DNA of 64,000 nucleotides from Phycisphaerae bacterium (GTDB taxonomy: Bacteria > Planctomycetota > Phycisphaerae > UBA1845 > Fen-1342). The notes under the pieces are model-generated. The model worked only from the letters and a program-made list of their open reading frames with translations, ran no database searches and was not told the DNA's origin. Where the stretch lies: NCBI GenBank assembly GCA_963675745.2, contig CAXXWX010000027.1:177985-241984 (forward strand). Direction: 5' to 3'. Shown piece by piece: positions 9,649 to 19,598 of this stretch. A program made the position numbers and the translations under genes. Each line of letters opens with the position of its first letter. Positions within the stretch are counted from its first letter, which is position 1.

Positions 9649-10911
9649 CTACTCGCTGTGCGCGGCGAGAATGCCCTCGATCATGTCCGCTTCATAGCGG
9701 ATCATGCGGACGATGCCGATGCGCTCATCCTTCTCGCTGTAGTGCGTGTTGCGGAATTCCCAGACGATCTCGCCGTCCGTGGTGACCTCAAACGCGCGGC
9801 CGGTGCTGGACTCGGAAATCAGCGTGTTGCCGTTGGGAAGCCGCTGCGCCGAACCGCCGCCGCGCGTGTAGAAATCCGTCGGCTCCGGGGCCTTGTACTC
9901 CCACACAATCTCGCGCGTCAGCGGGTTCATCTCGACGACACGCGACCAGTCTCGCCGCAGGCCGTTATCAAAGACCATGATGTTGCCGGTGGGCAGCACC
10001 TGTGCATCGTGGGGCCCCGAGAGCACGCCGTGCCCCCACGCCCAGACCACTTCATTTGCGGGCCAGTTGATTATGAAGATCGCGTCCTGGTGGCGCGAAC
10101 ACACCAGGATGTTGTCGGGGCCATAGATGTCGTCGCGCTCGAAGAGGTGTTTCTGATGCATCCACTCGATCGCGTTGAGGTGGAAGAGATCGACCCAACG
10201 TTCACCGCCCAGAGTGTTGGGAGTGACCCGCCGGAATTTGTAGATATCCGGCCGCTTGGCCAGGGCTTCATAGACCGACTTCATGTGCTGAAGTTGACCG
10301 TCTTGGTTCAATAGAAACAGGTGATCCTCGCGCGTCGGAACCTGCGCGTTCATCTCGGCGATCAGACGGCGCTTGAAGCCCAACACCAGGAGCTGGTCGT
10401 CAGGGGTCACCTCAATATCATGATGCACACGCAGTTTCTGCTTCCAGAGTACCGTCCCATTCCAGTCAAAGCGCATCACGTAGCGCGCCTCGTCTGAGAT
10501 GCGCGGCACCGGCAGTTCGCTGTTCTCCGAGCCAACCACGAGTAACTCGCCGCTCGGCAGCAGCACGGCCCGTTCCCAGAAGCGGTTGTCATCGACACTC
10601 CAGGAATTGACGAGGTTGCCCTCGGCGTCGATCAATTCGGCTGTGCAGAGCTTGCGAATCGTGTAGAGGTTGAACCCGGGGTAAGAACGCTCCACGTCAC
10701 GCGACACGACGCCGTCCGCCTCCTCACCCTCCTCAACCTCGGTGAAGCTGACATAAGGCAGCGAGCGCAGATGGTCGAGCTTCGCCTGCACCGCGGCATC
10801 GTCTTCGGTGTCCGGCTCTGTCGTATTGGAGGCCGGTTGCTCGGGCGCGCGGTCGCACCCCACAATGGCAAGCACGATGGTCACACAAGCGGCCAAACGG
10901 CGGCGGTTCAT
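9649..10911 (-). CDS. Arylsulfotransferase (ASST)-family beta-propeller lipoprotein
   Basis: Lipobox IVGC; motifs VHHDI, DLFHLNAI, GPHDAQ..GNIMVFDNG, SAQRLPNGNTLISE, GEIVWEF. Confidence 0.8.
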   Translation of the reverse strand: MNRRRLAACVTIVLAIVGCDRAPEQPASNTTEPDTEDDAAVQAKLDHLRSLPYVSFTEVEEGEEADGVVSRDVERSYPGFNLYTIRKLCTAELIDAEGNLVNSWSVDDNRFWERAVLLPSGELLVVGSENSELPVPRISDEARYVMRFDWNGTVLWKQKLRVHHDIEVTPDDQLLVLGFKRRLIAEMNAQVPTREDHLFLLNQDGQLQHMKSVYEALAKRPDIYKFRRVTPNTLGGERWVDLFHLNAIEWMHQKHLFERDDIYGPDNILVCSRHQDAIFIINWPANEVVWAWGHGVLSGPHDAQVLPTGNIMVFDNGLRRDWSRVVEMNPLTREIVWEYKAPEPTDFYTRGGGSAQRLPNGNTLISESSTGRAFEVTTDGEIVWEFRNTHYSEKDERIGIVRMIRYEADMIEGILAAHSE

Positions 10912-11045
10912 AAGATCGTCTCCCATCAGCAGCGCCGCGTTCGGCGTATTACTGTTAAACTCCTCATGATACGGAGTGGCCATCGACCGAACAAGTAACG
11001 GGCACCGGCCGAGCCATCACCACCATCACCGAGCGCGGCGCCGCG

Positions 11046-12470
11046 CTATGGCCCATCTTCTCCTCCGAGGTAACCGAGCGCCTTTAACTTGCGCCGCACG
11101 TCCTCGGGCCAGTCCTCTTCCGCCAGTTTCTCCGGGCCCGCGTCGCCATAGAGCGCGGCGAATCGCTCGGCATCCTGCGTCATACGGTTCGAAATCTGCT
11201 CCATCAGCAAGCCGGCCTCTTCGCGATAGCGCCCCGCGCCGTGCACCGTCTCATCCGGCGACTCTTCCACGTTGAACACTATGCGCGCGTCACTCTTCAG
11301 ATCGCGGATCAGCTTCCAAGGGTAATCTCGCACCGAGGCGTGACTGGCGCGCGGTGTTTCAAGCCGCGCGAATGTGGCAACCTCATCGGTAGCGTCCCGA
11401 CCAAAGAGCGAACGACCCTGCAAACCCGGTGGAATCGGCAGATTCGCAAGTTCGAAAACAGTCGGGAAAATGTCAATTGACTCGACCGTGGGCCGGAAAC
11501 GCTCGCCGGCCTTCACCACCCCGGGGTACGCGATGATCAGCGGAACGTGGAGCGACTCGACGTAGAGCTGATAGCCGTGCCCGCGCATTCCGTGTTCCCA
11601 CAACTCCTCGCCATGGTCGGACGTGAACACGACGATGGTCTGCTTGTCCAGCGCGCGCTCCGCCAGATAACGCCGCAGGTCACCAAATGACGTGTCATTG
11701 TGTGTGATCTCGCCGAGATACAGCGAACGAATGCGCTGTTGGTCGGCGTGCGTCAGGTCACGCCGGTTGATAGCTTGCAGCGTGCCGCTCTTGACGCTGC
11801 CCGCATATCCACCGCCGTACCGGTCAAACTGCGCCGCGGGCACATACGGCTCGTGCGGATCAACGGTCAGAATCATCAGGAAGAACGGCTGCTCCACGGA
11901 CGCCATCCAATCCTTGGCCACGGCCGTGACCTGCTCCGATGACGCCGTCAATTCGAGTGCGGTCACCGGCCCCGGTTGACGGCGATCGTACAACTCCATG
12001 TATTGGTCAAAACCCTGGGCGAATCCGAAGAATGAGCCGATGTTCGGGTTGGTGACGATGGCCGCGGTGGCGTACCCGTGTTTCTTGAGCGCCTCCGGCA
12101 AAGTCAGCACGACGTCGTCGAGGCGGTCTTCGCGAGTCTGCGTACCATGTGCGTCCGGGTACAACGAGGTCAGCATCGAAGCGAACGAGGGCCGGGTCCA
12201 CGAGGTCTGCGAATAGGCATTCTCAAAAAGCACGCCATCCTCGGCCAGTTGATCGATGCTCGGCGTCTGGACGACCGGATGCCCGTAGCACGCGAGGCTG
12301 TCGGCGCGCACTGTATCAACGACGTACAGGATTATGTTCGGCGGCACCTTCGGCGAACCGGGTGTGTCGCCGGGCTTCTCACTTGTGGCGTCACGACCAC
12401 AGCCGCCGCTGGGCAGCGCGACACTCACCAGCACCAACACGGCCAACGCACATTTGCAGACAACCGGCAT
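11046..12470 (-). CDS. Sulfatase-like hydrolase (alkaline phosphatase superfamily), lipoprotein
   Basis: NIILYVVDTVRAD, SWTRPSFASMLT, DPHEPY, FTSDHGE, GHG..LY, LHVPLII; C-terminal LKALGYL. Confidence 0.85.
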   Translation of the reverse strand: MPVVCKCALAVLVLVSVALPSGGCGRDATSEKPGDTPGSPKVPPNIILYVVDTVRADSLACYGHPVVQTPSIDQLAEDGVLFENAYSQTSWTRPSFASMLTSLYPDAHGTQTREDRLDDVVLTLPEALKKHGYATAAIVTNPNIGSFFGFAQGFDQYMELYDRRQPGPVTALELTASSEQVTAVAKDWMASVEQPFFLMILTVDPHEPYVPAAQFDRYGGGYAGSVKSGTLQAINRRDLTHADQQRIRSLYLGEITHNDTSFGDLRRYLAERALDKQTIVVFTSDHGEELWEHGMRGHGYQLYVESLHVPLIIAYPGVVKAGERFRPTVESIDIFPTVFELANLPIPPGLQGRSLFGRDATDEVATFARLETPRASHASVRDYPWKLIRDLKSDARIVFNVEESPDETVHGAGRYREEAGLLMEQISNRMTQDAERFAALYGDAGPEKLAEEDWPEDVRRKLKALGYLGGEDGP

Positions 12471-12517
12471 TCGCTTGCACCTCGCACATCTCCATGCGCA
12501 TAGTTATCGTCTTTGCA

Positions 12518-14206
12518 TTATAGCTTGCTCGCGACGAGCTCGAGTATTTCGCGTTCGAGCGTGACGGCTTGCGCCTGTATTTGCTCACCACGCGCGAGAA
12601 TGTCCGCCATCCACGACTTGTCCTCAATGTCCTTCGCGTTGATCTTCACGTTCAAAAATGCGCCGATAACCGCCGAGCGCGCCGCAAGCGCGCCGACTCC
12701 CGCGTCGGACACGCTGGCCGGGTTGCCAATCTCGGCCATGGCCTTACAGACCTGCATGCACGCCAGCGATTGCTCCATGGTGCGGAACGGAACCTCGATG
12801 GCCTCCTTGGTGGCGGCCTGGATGGCGTCGTTCTTCGCGGCCTGCTCCGCATCAGTGCCGCTCGGCAGACCAAAGGCGGCCATGATCTTGTTGAACGCGT
12901 CAGTGTCCTCGTCGATCAGCCGCAACAATTCGTCATGACACGCCTTGCCCTTTTCGGCCCACTGCGAAAACTCCTCCCAACGCCCATCCCAGCCGCGCTT
13001 GTGGCTGGAGAGATTGGCGACCATCGTGCCCAGGGCCGCCCCCATGGCGCCCATCGCCGATGAGATCGACCCGCCACCCGGCGCCTTGGACTCGCTGGCG
13101 GTTTCCCACACAAAGTCGCGCACGCGCATGTCAACCAGTCGGCGTTGCTGTGTCTCCGCCGCGATCGCGTATTCGATGATCTTCTCTTCCGGCTTGAACG
13201 GATACAGCTCGTCGAGCCCGAGTGACTTCACCGCGATCTTGATCAACTCGCGATCGCAAACGCCCAACGAACGCTCCTGCTTGCGCAGGAAATAGCGTCC
13301 GGCGTCGAGCATCGACTTGAGAGGGACAAGGCCGACCACCTCCGACCCCGTGACGCGCACGCCGCGCGCCGCCGCCCGCTCACAACACTTGTCAAACGCG
13401 ATATGAATGGGGGTCACGCTGATATTGGTGAGGTTCATCGAAATCTGCGCGACGCCATACTCCTCGATGAACCAGCCGATACCTTTAACGCACTTCAACT
13501 CACCGGGGATCCAGACGTCATCGCCGTTTTCGTCCTTTACGAGTGGGCCGGTGAGCGGATCACCGTCGCGTTTCTTCCGGCCCTTTTCTCGCACATCGAA
13601 TGCGATGGCGTTTGCGCGGCGGGTCGATGTCGTGTTGAGATTGACGTTGTAGGCCACCAGGAAGTCGCGCGCCCCGACCGCCGTCGCGCCACTGCGCGGA
13701 TTGAAGGTCGCCGGACCGAAGTCAGGCGCCCATTCGGGTTGGCTGAGCCGCTCGGCCAGCGCTTCGTATTCGCCGGCACGCACCACCGCCAGGTTGCGCC
13801 GCCCTTCCTGTCTCGCGGCGTGCTCATAGCAAAACACGGTGATACCGAGCTCGTCGCCGAGCCGCTTGGCCAGCACATGCGCATGGGCCACGGTCTCTTC
13901 CATCGTGATGTTCGACACCGGCACCAGCGGGCAGACATCCGTCGCACCAAACCGCGGGTGCTCGCCGTGGTGCTTGCGCATGTCAATCAGCTCGGCGGCT
14001 TTGCGCACTCCGCGCACCGCCGCCTCAATGACGGCCTCGGGCGCGCCGACGAACGTGACGACCGTGCGGTTGGTGGCGGCACCGGGGTCGACGTCGAGCA
14101 GTTTCACGCCCTCGACCGTTTCGATCTGGTCGGTGATATGTTTGATGACGGACATGTCGCGCCCCTCGCTGAAGTTCGGGACGCACTCGATGAGCTGATT
14201 GGCCAT
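12518..14206 (-). CDS. ftcD: Glutamate formimidoyltransferase / formimidoyltetrahydrofolate cyclodeaminase (bifunctional)
   Basis: LIECVPNFSEGR, HHGEHPRFGATDVCP, GARDFLVAYN, APGGGS, GNPASVSDAGVG. Confidence 0.95.
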   Translation of the reverse strand: MANQLIECVPNFSEGRDMSVIKHITDQIETVEGVKLLDVDPGAATNRTVVTFVGAPEAVIEAAVRGVRKAAELIDMRKHHGEHPRFGATDVCPLVPVSNITMEETVAHAHVLAKRLGDELGITVFCYEHAARQEGRRNLAVVRAGEYEALAERLSQPEWAPDFGPATFNPRSGATAVGARDFLVAYNVNLNTTSTRRANAIAFDVREKGRKKRDGDPLTGPLVKDENGDDVWIPGELKCVKGIGWFIEEYGVAQISMNLTNISVTPIHIAFDKCCERAAARGVRVTGSEVVGLVPLKSMLDAGRYFLRKQERSLGVCDRELIKIAVKSLGLDELYPFKPEEKIIEYAIAAETQQRRLVDMRVRDFVWETASESKAPGGGSISSAMGAMGAALGTMVANLSSHKRGWDGRWEEFSQWAEKGKACHDELLRLIDEDTDAFNKIMAAFGLPSGTDAEQAAKNDAIQAATKEAIEVPFRTMEQSLACMQVCKAMAEIGNPASVSDAGVGALAARSAVIGAFLNVKINAKDIEDKSWMADILARGEQIQAQAVTLEREILELVASKL

Positions 14207-14436
14207 GGTTTGCGCTTCCTGTTGCATTAGAGTGCGGATCGGGCTCTTCCCGCATCACCGCCGCGTGCGTCAACGCCGCTCGCGCCTCGAAAACACCCAT
14301 GCTGACATTGATTCCCCGCGCACGCAAGCCACCAGGCCCACTAACTCATGACCGGCGGCGCACACAAACCCAGTCAGCCGTCGCGTCCGCCCCCGAGTCG
14401 GCCGCCGGCAGCATGCCCATCCGTCAGCCGACGAGG

Positions 14437-14506
14437 GTGTGCCACGGCTCTGTGAGCCGTGCTGTGCTTCGCTGCAAAAAACACGGCTCACAGAGCCGTG
14501 GCACAC
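14437..14506. repeat. REP-like inverted doublet (GTGTGCCACGGCTC family)
   Basis: GTGTGCCACGGCTCTGTGAGCCGTG (14437-14461) and its exact reverse complement (14482-14506); related units at 21041-21064, 22579-22603 and 51327-51351. Confidence 0.85.
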
Positions 14507-14622
14507 GATACACGTTACCGCCGCCGATCAAAGCGTCCTTACAGCGTAGTGGCTCGACGTCGGAGTCGGCCGTGACCGCGCGAGAATGTGCGCTCGTGAG
14601 CCACGCACGGCGCGTTGACGCG

Positions 14623-15351
14623 TCATTCACCGCGGCGGGCGCGGGCGGCGGCCCGGCGTTCCTCGTAGACTTCCTCACAGGCCGGCGGACGGAGGTAGTT
14701 GGGTATGATCTCGTGCGGCTTGCAGAAACGCCGCTCGGCCGCCAGGCGCTGTCCGACAGCCGCCGTGTGGGCCGCGCGGGGGCGCCAGTATTCCGCTGCC
14801 AGCACATCGCCGCCCGACGCTTGGCACGCCTGTTCGTGATACTTCACGCCCTCACCGAGGATCGCGAAGGGCCGCTGCACGCCGGCCAGCCACGCTTCCG
14901 GCTCGCGTATTTCCGCCGGCGCCAGGGTTCGCAGGTCATCCGCAGCGGTACGCTCGAATGCCGCGCCAAAAACCTGACCGCGTTTGGCGTCGAGAATGGC
15001 GATCACGCGTTGTGGTCGGTTCGGATGCCCCAGCGCATTGCGCGCGATCACTTCCAGCGTCGGAACCGCCACAACCTCACAACCGACTGCCGACTGCGCC
15101 ATGCGCGCGACAGTCGCCGCCACGCGCAGGCCGGTGAAGCTGCCCGGCCCGGTTGAATACGCCAACACCCCCACGTCCATCAATCGACAGCCCTGATCGG
15201 CGAGCAGATCACGGATGGTGGGAATGAGTTCCGTGGTGTGTCGTCGATCGGCCGACAAGTCCCGCGCGGCGATGACCGCGCCATCACGCGCCAGCGCTAC
15301 GCTCCCCCACAATGAAGCCGTCTCAATAGCAAGCAGCAGGTCCACCGACAT
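14623..15351 (-). CDS. tsaB: tRNA t6A biosynthesis protein TsaB
   Basis: LLAIETA..GSVAL, GPGSFTGLRV, LDAKRGQV, IPNYLR. Confidence 0.95.
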   Translation of the reverse strand: MSVDLLLAIETASLWGSVALARDGAVIAARDLSADRRHTTELIPTIRDLLADQGCRLMDVGVLAYSTGPGSFTGLRVAATVARMAQSAVGCEVVAVPTLEVIARNALGHPNRPQRVIAILDAKRGQVFGAAFERTAADDLRTLAPAEIREPEAWLAGVQRPFAILGEGVKYHEQACQASGGDVLAAEYWRPRAAHTAAVGQRLAAERRFCKPHEIIPNYLRPPACEEVYEERRAAARARRGE

Positions 15352-15385
15352 GCGGACATTGTAAGTGACCAGCGACGAATTGCGA

Positions 15386-15514
15386 GTAGAGGCGGTCAGC
15401 AGTCAGCTTTCAGCGGTTAGCCAAGAGCGGCAAGCCGCGTGCTTCGGCTGAGTGCTGAAAGCTGATAGCTGATAGCTGATAGCTGAGTGCTGATAGCTGA
15501 CCGCTGACAGCTAC
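15386..15514. repeat. Heptamer tandem-repeat hairpin (GCTGANN)n
   Basis: TCAGC heptamers at 15391-15421 are inverted relative to about 9 GCTGA(TA/GT/AA/CC) units at 15448-15511; similar units occur at 32441-32489 and 56557-56580. Confidence 0.75.
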
Positions 15515-15517
15515 GCG

Positions 15518-18500
15518 CTATTTCTCAAACGTGGTGTCGAAGTATCCGCCCCGCCGCTCGGCGATAATCTCGGGCCGCGCGTTGTCCTGGCGCAGGATGA
15601 CCGCACTATCAATAGTCCCGTTACCGTTGCTGTCTTCGAGCAGCGGATCACCGTTACTGTCGAGCACCAGACGCGGCAGCATTCGGCTACAGTCGATCGT
15701 CGCCTGCGTGTGGACGCTTGACTCGGGGGTGTCGCGGTCAAACACCGTGCTGTAGACGGTAAACGTGTTGCTGCGCGTCGTCAGGTAGTGCGTGTCGAGC
15801 AAAAGCAGCAGGTTGATCGAGCGCAGGAAGTCACCGCGATGCACCGCCGACAGCACATCCACGACCGGCAGGCCGTCCTTGTCGAACCAGGTCGAGTCAA
15901 AGCCCTTCACATTCAGCAATTCGCCGACGGTCAGGAAGCCGAGGTGCTCATCGGTGCCGATGCCGCGCGGCGTGTGCTCCCCATACACCGCCGGATTACC
16001 GTACCACGGGCGCGCATGGGCGTTTGTGTAAATCTGCTCGATGACCGGGCCGCCGCCGAGTGACCCACCCTCGTAGTACGGTGTCTTGTCGCGATAGGCC
16101 GCGATCGCCTGGCCGAGCCACGCGCCGAGGCGGTAGGTGTCATACGTGGTGTCGGTCGGGTGATTCCAAACGTGCGGATGCGTCTTGGGCTGCGAGTCGG
16201 CGACGTACCCTCTCACGTCGGGCAGATACGTGTCGTCCGCGTTGCGCAGCATGCAGCGCGGCGCCCCATTCGCGTCTAATCCGACAAACACGCCGCTGTT
16301 CACATCCCAAAACGCGGGTGATGCGCCCGCCGCCGACAAATCGCCGACCGGGTTGAGCAAAGGCAGTCCGGCGAGCACATACCAGGGCGCCGTGTTGATG
16401 TTGATGCGCCCGGGAATGCGATAGTAGTCGGTCTCGATATCGTCCGCGGTGCCGTAGGTCTCGTCCACCCCCGGGTAAACCGGCAGAATCGTGGTGAAGT
16501 AATCGAATACCAACTGCCCCCAGGGCACACGCCCGGCGTTGTCATCCGTAAAGAGCCCACCGGTAACCGCCGGCTGCTTGTTGTCAAACAGCGGCATGTG
16601 TCCAAAGTCCAGCGGAACCTGCGCAGCGTCTGGCACTACCGGCACACCGTCGTAACCCTTGCGCACCCATTCGTCGCGCAATGTCATCGACACCGACCGC
16701 CAACCAGTGGATTGCGTACCGTCTCCGCCCGTGAATTTCCCGCGGCCGTGCGCATAACGCGGGATCAACGCCATCCAGCCGACGGTCGGATATGCCTTGG
16801 GCCGGTAGTCACCCGCATGCATGGTGAAGAGCGCACCACCCGGGGCCAGCGGATTCAGCTTCGGATTCACGGTGTACAGCGGCACGGCCCGGGCCTTGTT
16901 CGTGACGCCCGGACCTTCAATACCGATTGCCGGCTTCAATTCCTCGCCAAGCCCGTCGTGGTCGCCGGACATGGCGCCATAGCGGGCATCCGGAGAACCC
17001 GTACCGCCAACCGGCACCGGCTGGAATGCGATCGCCGTCCGCCAACGGGTCGGGCTACCCACGGGCCCTCCGAGATAGTCTTCCGCAGTGGTGTCGCGAT
17101 ACGCCGTCTCCCAGTCTCCGTGTAAATCCTTGAGATCGGTCGTATCCTCGGTGCTGGTCGGATAGTCCACCTCCAACCGGTCAACAAGATACTGGCCACC
17201 GACGCTCCCTTCACGCCACAGCCAGACTTTGACCCGTTGCGGGCCGATGGCTGCCCACTGCGCCGCCGTCAGCCCGGTTTCCTCATAGTCCGGCGCGCCG
17301 GATGTTGTTCCCAGGTTGTCGGCAAAGGCCGTATTTACAACATTACTGAATGCCACAACGTAAAAACTGCGCGGCGCGATCTTCACGCCGGCCGCCGAGA
17401 TGGCATGGCTGTCCAAAGGCCCATCGACGCCGGGCTCGTTCGAGTCAAAGCTGACCTCGTACTGCCCCAGATTGAGCTCACGGTCATACGGGTTAAAGAA
17501 CTCCACCGCCAGCGAAAGCTCGTACGTAGTCGCGTCTTTATTCGGGTCCACGTCCGCAAGGAAAGCACCCACTTGCGTTATGAACGGCTGCGGCGCGTAG
17601 CCGAAGAAACGCTCGCGCGTCGTGTCATACCGCACGGCGTCGATTGTGCCGTTGACGTATGGCGCGGCGGAGGCAACCGTGTTGATCGCCAACATATACG
17701 CCTGTTGCTGGCGCGTCACGATCTCGGTGGCGGCTGATTCGCCGGCCCACCCGGCGTGTCCGCTGAGCATGTCGTAGTAGTAGTTCGCCAGACGCTTGAT
17801 GATCGGCTCCCCAACCGCCGGCACGTAGTTGCCCGTGGTCGCGTTGAACGCCGTGCTGACGTCACCGAGGTAAAACTTGATCTGCCCCTCAAAGACACCC
17901 TGCTTGGTGCCGAGCGGAAGATCATCATCCAGCTTGCGGCAGATCTCATCGCTGTAACTCACCGTCGTCAGCAATTGTCGCCGGTTATAGCTCTCGATCG
18001 GGCCGCCATTGGCCATGGTGTTGTAGGCGGGGGCATCGAGCGCCGCCGCCTCGGTCCAGTATTCAAACTGCCGGCCGGAGCCGATCACTGCGTCCTGGTG
18101 TATGTTGTAACGTTCGTTGTCCTTGTTGACCTGCGAACCGCGAGCACGGTATGGCGGCGCGAAGATCGCCTCCAGGTCCTGGTCCCATTCCAGTTCGGAG
18201 AGGACTGCGGGTACACGACTCGAGCGGTTGTCATCGGAGCCGTAAACCAGCCCCCCCCGCCGCCGCAACCACGGCTCAACGTTTTCCGCATCCTCAAACA
18301 GTGCGGCGTATTGGTCGTTTGGATCACCAAGCGTCGCGCCGCCGAGCGTCAGGCCATCGGCCAGCCAGCCGAACATCGAACGCGCAAACCACTCGCTCGG
18401 CGAGCCATCATAGCCCGCCCCGATCGAGACCATGCCGCCATGCGACACCACGCGCCCGGCGACTTCAAAACTCGCCTGCTCCTTGAAACGCTGCCAGAGG

Positions 18501-19186
18501 GGGTCACCCTGTCCGCTGTTAAGGCTGAAATCCTCTTGGATTGCCAGGGGCACACGCACCGGCGTACCGCCCACCTGGTTCGCAAAGGCAGTCAGCGCCG
18601 CGGTCGCCACCAGCGAGCAGTCGGGAAAACCGACGCCCGCGGCATCCATGAATGCGCTGAGCGCACTGCGATCCACGTCCGCCTCGCTGATCCCGTTGTC
18701 GTCGCTTCCCTCCTGGTCGTAGTTTCGCAGAAGCTGCACAAGCGAGTGACCAAGCGTTCCGGTGCCCCGCGTTCCGCCGGCAAACTGCGACAGTGCCGGG
18801 AAGCGCACGCGCAGCAAACCCTCATAGACGCCCAGCTCGGCGGGGTTATCGTCCTGCACGTATTGCGGGGCATCGAACAGATAGCCATCGGGGATCAGCA
18901 CCGGCTGCGAAGACGACAGCCACTTCGTCTGGCCATAGCCGGCGATGTCCGCGTAAGCGCGGCCGAAGGTTTCGTAGCGCGTGGCGGCGATCTCGGAGTA
19001 AATCAGGTCGTTTACGTCGATGACGACCGCCCGGACTTCCTTCCCCTTCTGAACGGAAGTCAACGTGAGCTGATCGGAGCGTGCGACGGCGATGTAGGCC
19101 ATTAACACGACAAACAGCATCGCCAGCAACCCCACTACCATGAGCAGGATCGTCGCTCGTCGATCGCTTGTGTGCCTACGTCGCAT
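15518..19186 (-). CDS. Giant (~1220 aa) GspK/PilX-like minor pseudopilin
   Basis: MRRRHTSDRRA-TILLMVVGLLAMLFVV (pilin-like helix lacking Glu5); GRININTAPWYVLAGLP (GspK-like); LTTRSNTFTVY; last gene of the pilin cluster. Confidence 0.7.
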   Translation of the reverse strand: MRRRHTSDRRATILLMVVGLLAMLFVVLMAYIAVARSDQLTLTSVQKGKEVRAVVIDVNDLIYSEIAATRYETFGRAYADIAGYGQTKWLSSSQPVLIPDGYLFDAPQYVQDDNPAELGVYEGLLRVRFPALSQFAGGTRGTGTLGHSLVQLLRNYDQEGSDDNGISEADVDRSALSAFMDAAGVGFPDCSLVATAALTAFANQVGGTPVRVPLAIQEDFSLNSGQGDPLWQRFKEQASFEVAGRVVSHGGMVSIGAGYDGSPSEWFARSMFGWLADGLTLGGATLGDPNDQYAALFEDAENVEPWLRRRGGLVYGSDDNRSSRVPAVLSELEWDQDLEAIFAPPYRARGSQVNKDNERYNIHQDAVIGSGRQFEYWTEAAALDAPAYNTMANGGPIESYNRRQLLTTVSYSDEICRKLDDDLPLGTKQGVFEGQIKFYLGDVSTAFNATTGNYVPAVGEPIIKRLANYYYDMLSGHAGWAGESAATEIVTRQQQAYMLAINTVASAAPYVNGTIDAVRYDTTRERFFGYAPQPFITQVGAFLADVDPNKDATTYELSLAVEFFNPYDRELNLGQYEVSFDSNEPGVDGPLDSHAISAAGVKIAPRSFYVVAFSNVVNTAFADNLGTTSGAPDYEETGLTAAQWAAIGPQRVKVWLWREGSVGGQYLVDRLEVDYPTSTEDTTDLKDLHGDWETAYRDTTAEDYLGGPVGSPTRWRTAIAFQPVPVGGTGSPDARYGAMSGDHDGLGEELKPAIGIEGPGVTNKARAVPLYTVNPKLNPLAPGGALFTMHAGDYRPKAYPTVGWMALIPRYAHGRGKFTGGDGTQSTGWRSVSMTLRDEWVRKGYDGVPVVPDAAQVPLDFGHMPLFDNKQPAVTGGLFTDDNAGRVPWGQLVFDYFTTILPVYPGVDETYGTADDIETDYYRIPGRININTAPWYVLAGLPLLNPVGDLSAAGASPAFWDVNSGVFVGLDANGAPRCMLRNADDTYLPDVRGYVADSQPKTHPHVWNHPTDTTYDTYRLGAWLGQAIAAYRDKTPYYEGGSLGGGPVIEQIYTNAHARPWYGNPAVYGEHTPRGIGTDEHLGFLTVGELLNVKGFDSTWFDKDGLPVVDVLSAVHRGDFLRSINLLLLLDTHYLTTRSNTFTVYSTVFDRDTPESSVHTQATIDCSRMLPRLVLDSNGDPLLEDSNGNGTIDSAVILRQDNARPEIIAERRGGYFDTTFEK

Positions 19187-19296
19187 AAACCACCTGATAT
19201 CGTGGTGCCAAAACTCCCTTGTCACCACATTATGCCGAAGCCGGTCAAGTTCCCAGGTTTCCCGTGCGCCCATTATCGGACGACGATTTCGGGCTA

Positions 19297-19540
19297 GTGG
19301 CGGCCGACGTTTTCGTCGGCCGACCAGCATGCCGACGCGAACAGCCGTCGGCATGGCACCCGATCTGACGGCCGGCGCCCAATCCTGTAACGACTGGCGC
19401 CCGATCGTGTAGCGGCCGGCGCCTCGTCGGCCGTCGATCGCCGACCCGCGTCCGTGTGACGATCAGTCCCCCACCTCAAGAGGTGGGGCACCCGATCTAA
19501 CGGCCGGCACCCGATGTAACGGCCGGCGCCTCGCCGGCCG
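19297..19540. repeat. BIME-like cluster of REP palindromes
   Basis: GTRG-CGGCCG..CGGCCG units at 19297, 19409 and 19516 alternate with ...GGCACCC-ended hairpins at 19328-19361 and 19461-19494. The same paired units recur at 34894-34958 and 21065-21151. Confidence 0.85.
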
Positions 19541-19598
19541 TCAATCGCCTAGCGCACTACTTAATACATGACCTGTACAACGCCGCCTGCCAAGATCA

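Noticed and set aside
19187..19354. Shared N-terminus MPTAVRVGM on the giant pilin and on the kinase (34951)
   Set aside because: The ATG lies within the same REP palindrome in both places; better starts exist at 19186 and 34858, so this is not a shared peptide domain
19297..19540. Possible CRISPR array (also 51388-51545)
   Set aside because: The repeats are heterogeneous and irregularly spaced, with no unique spacers of constant length and no cas genes
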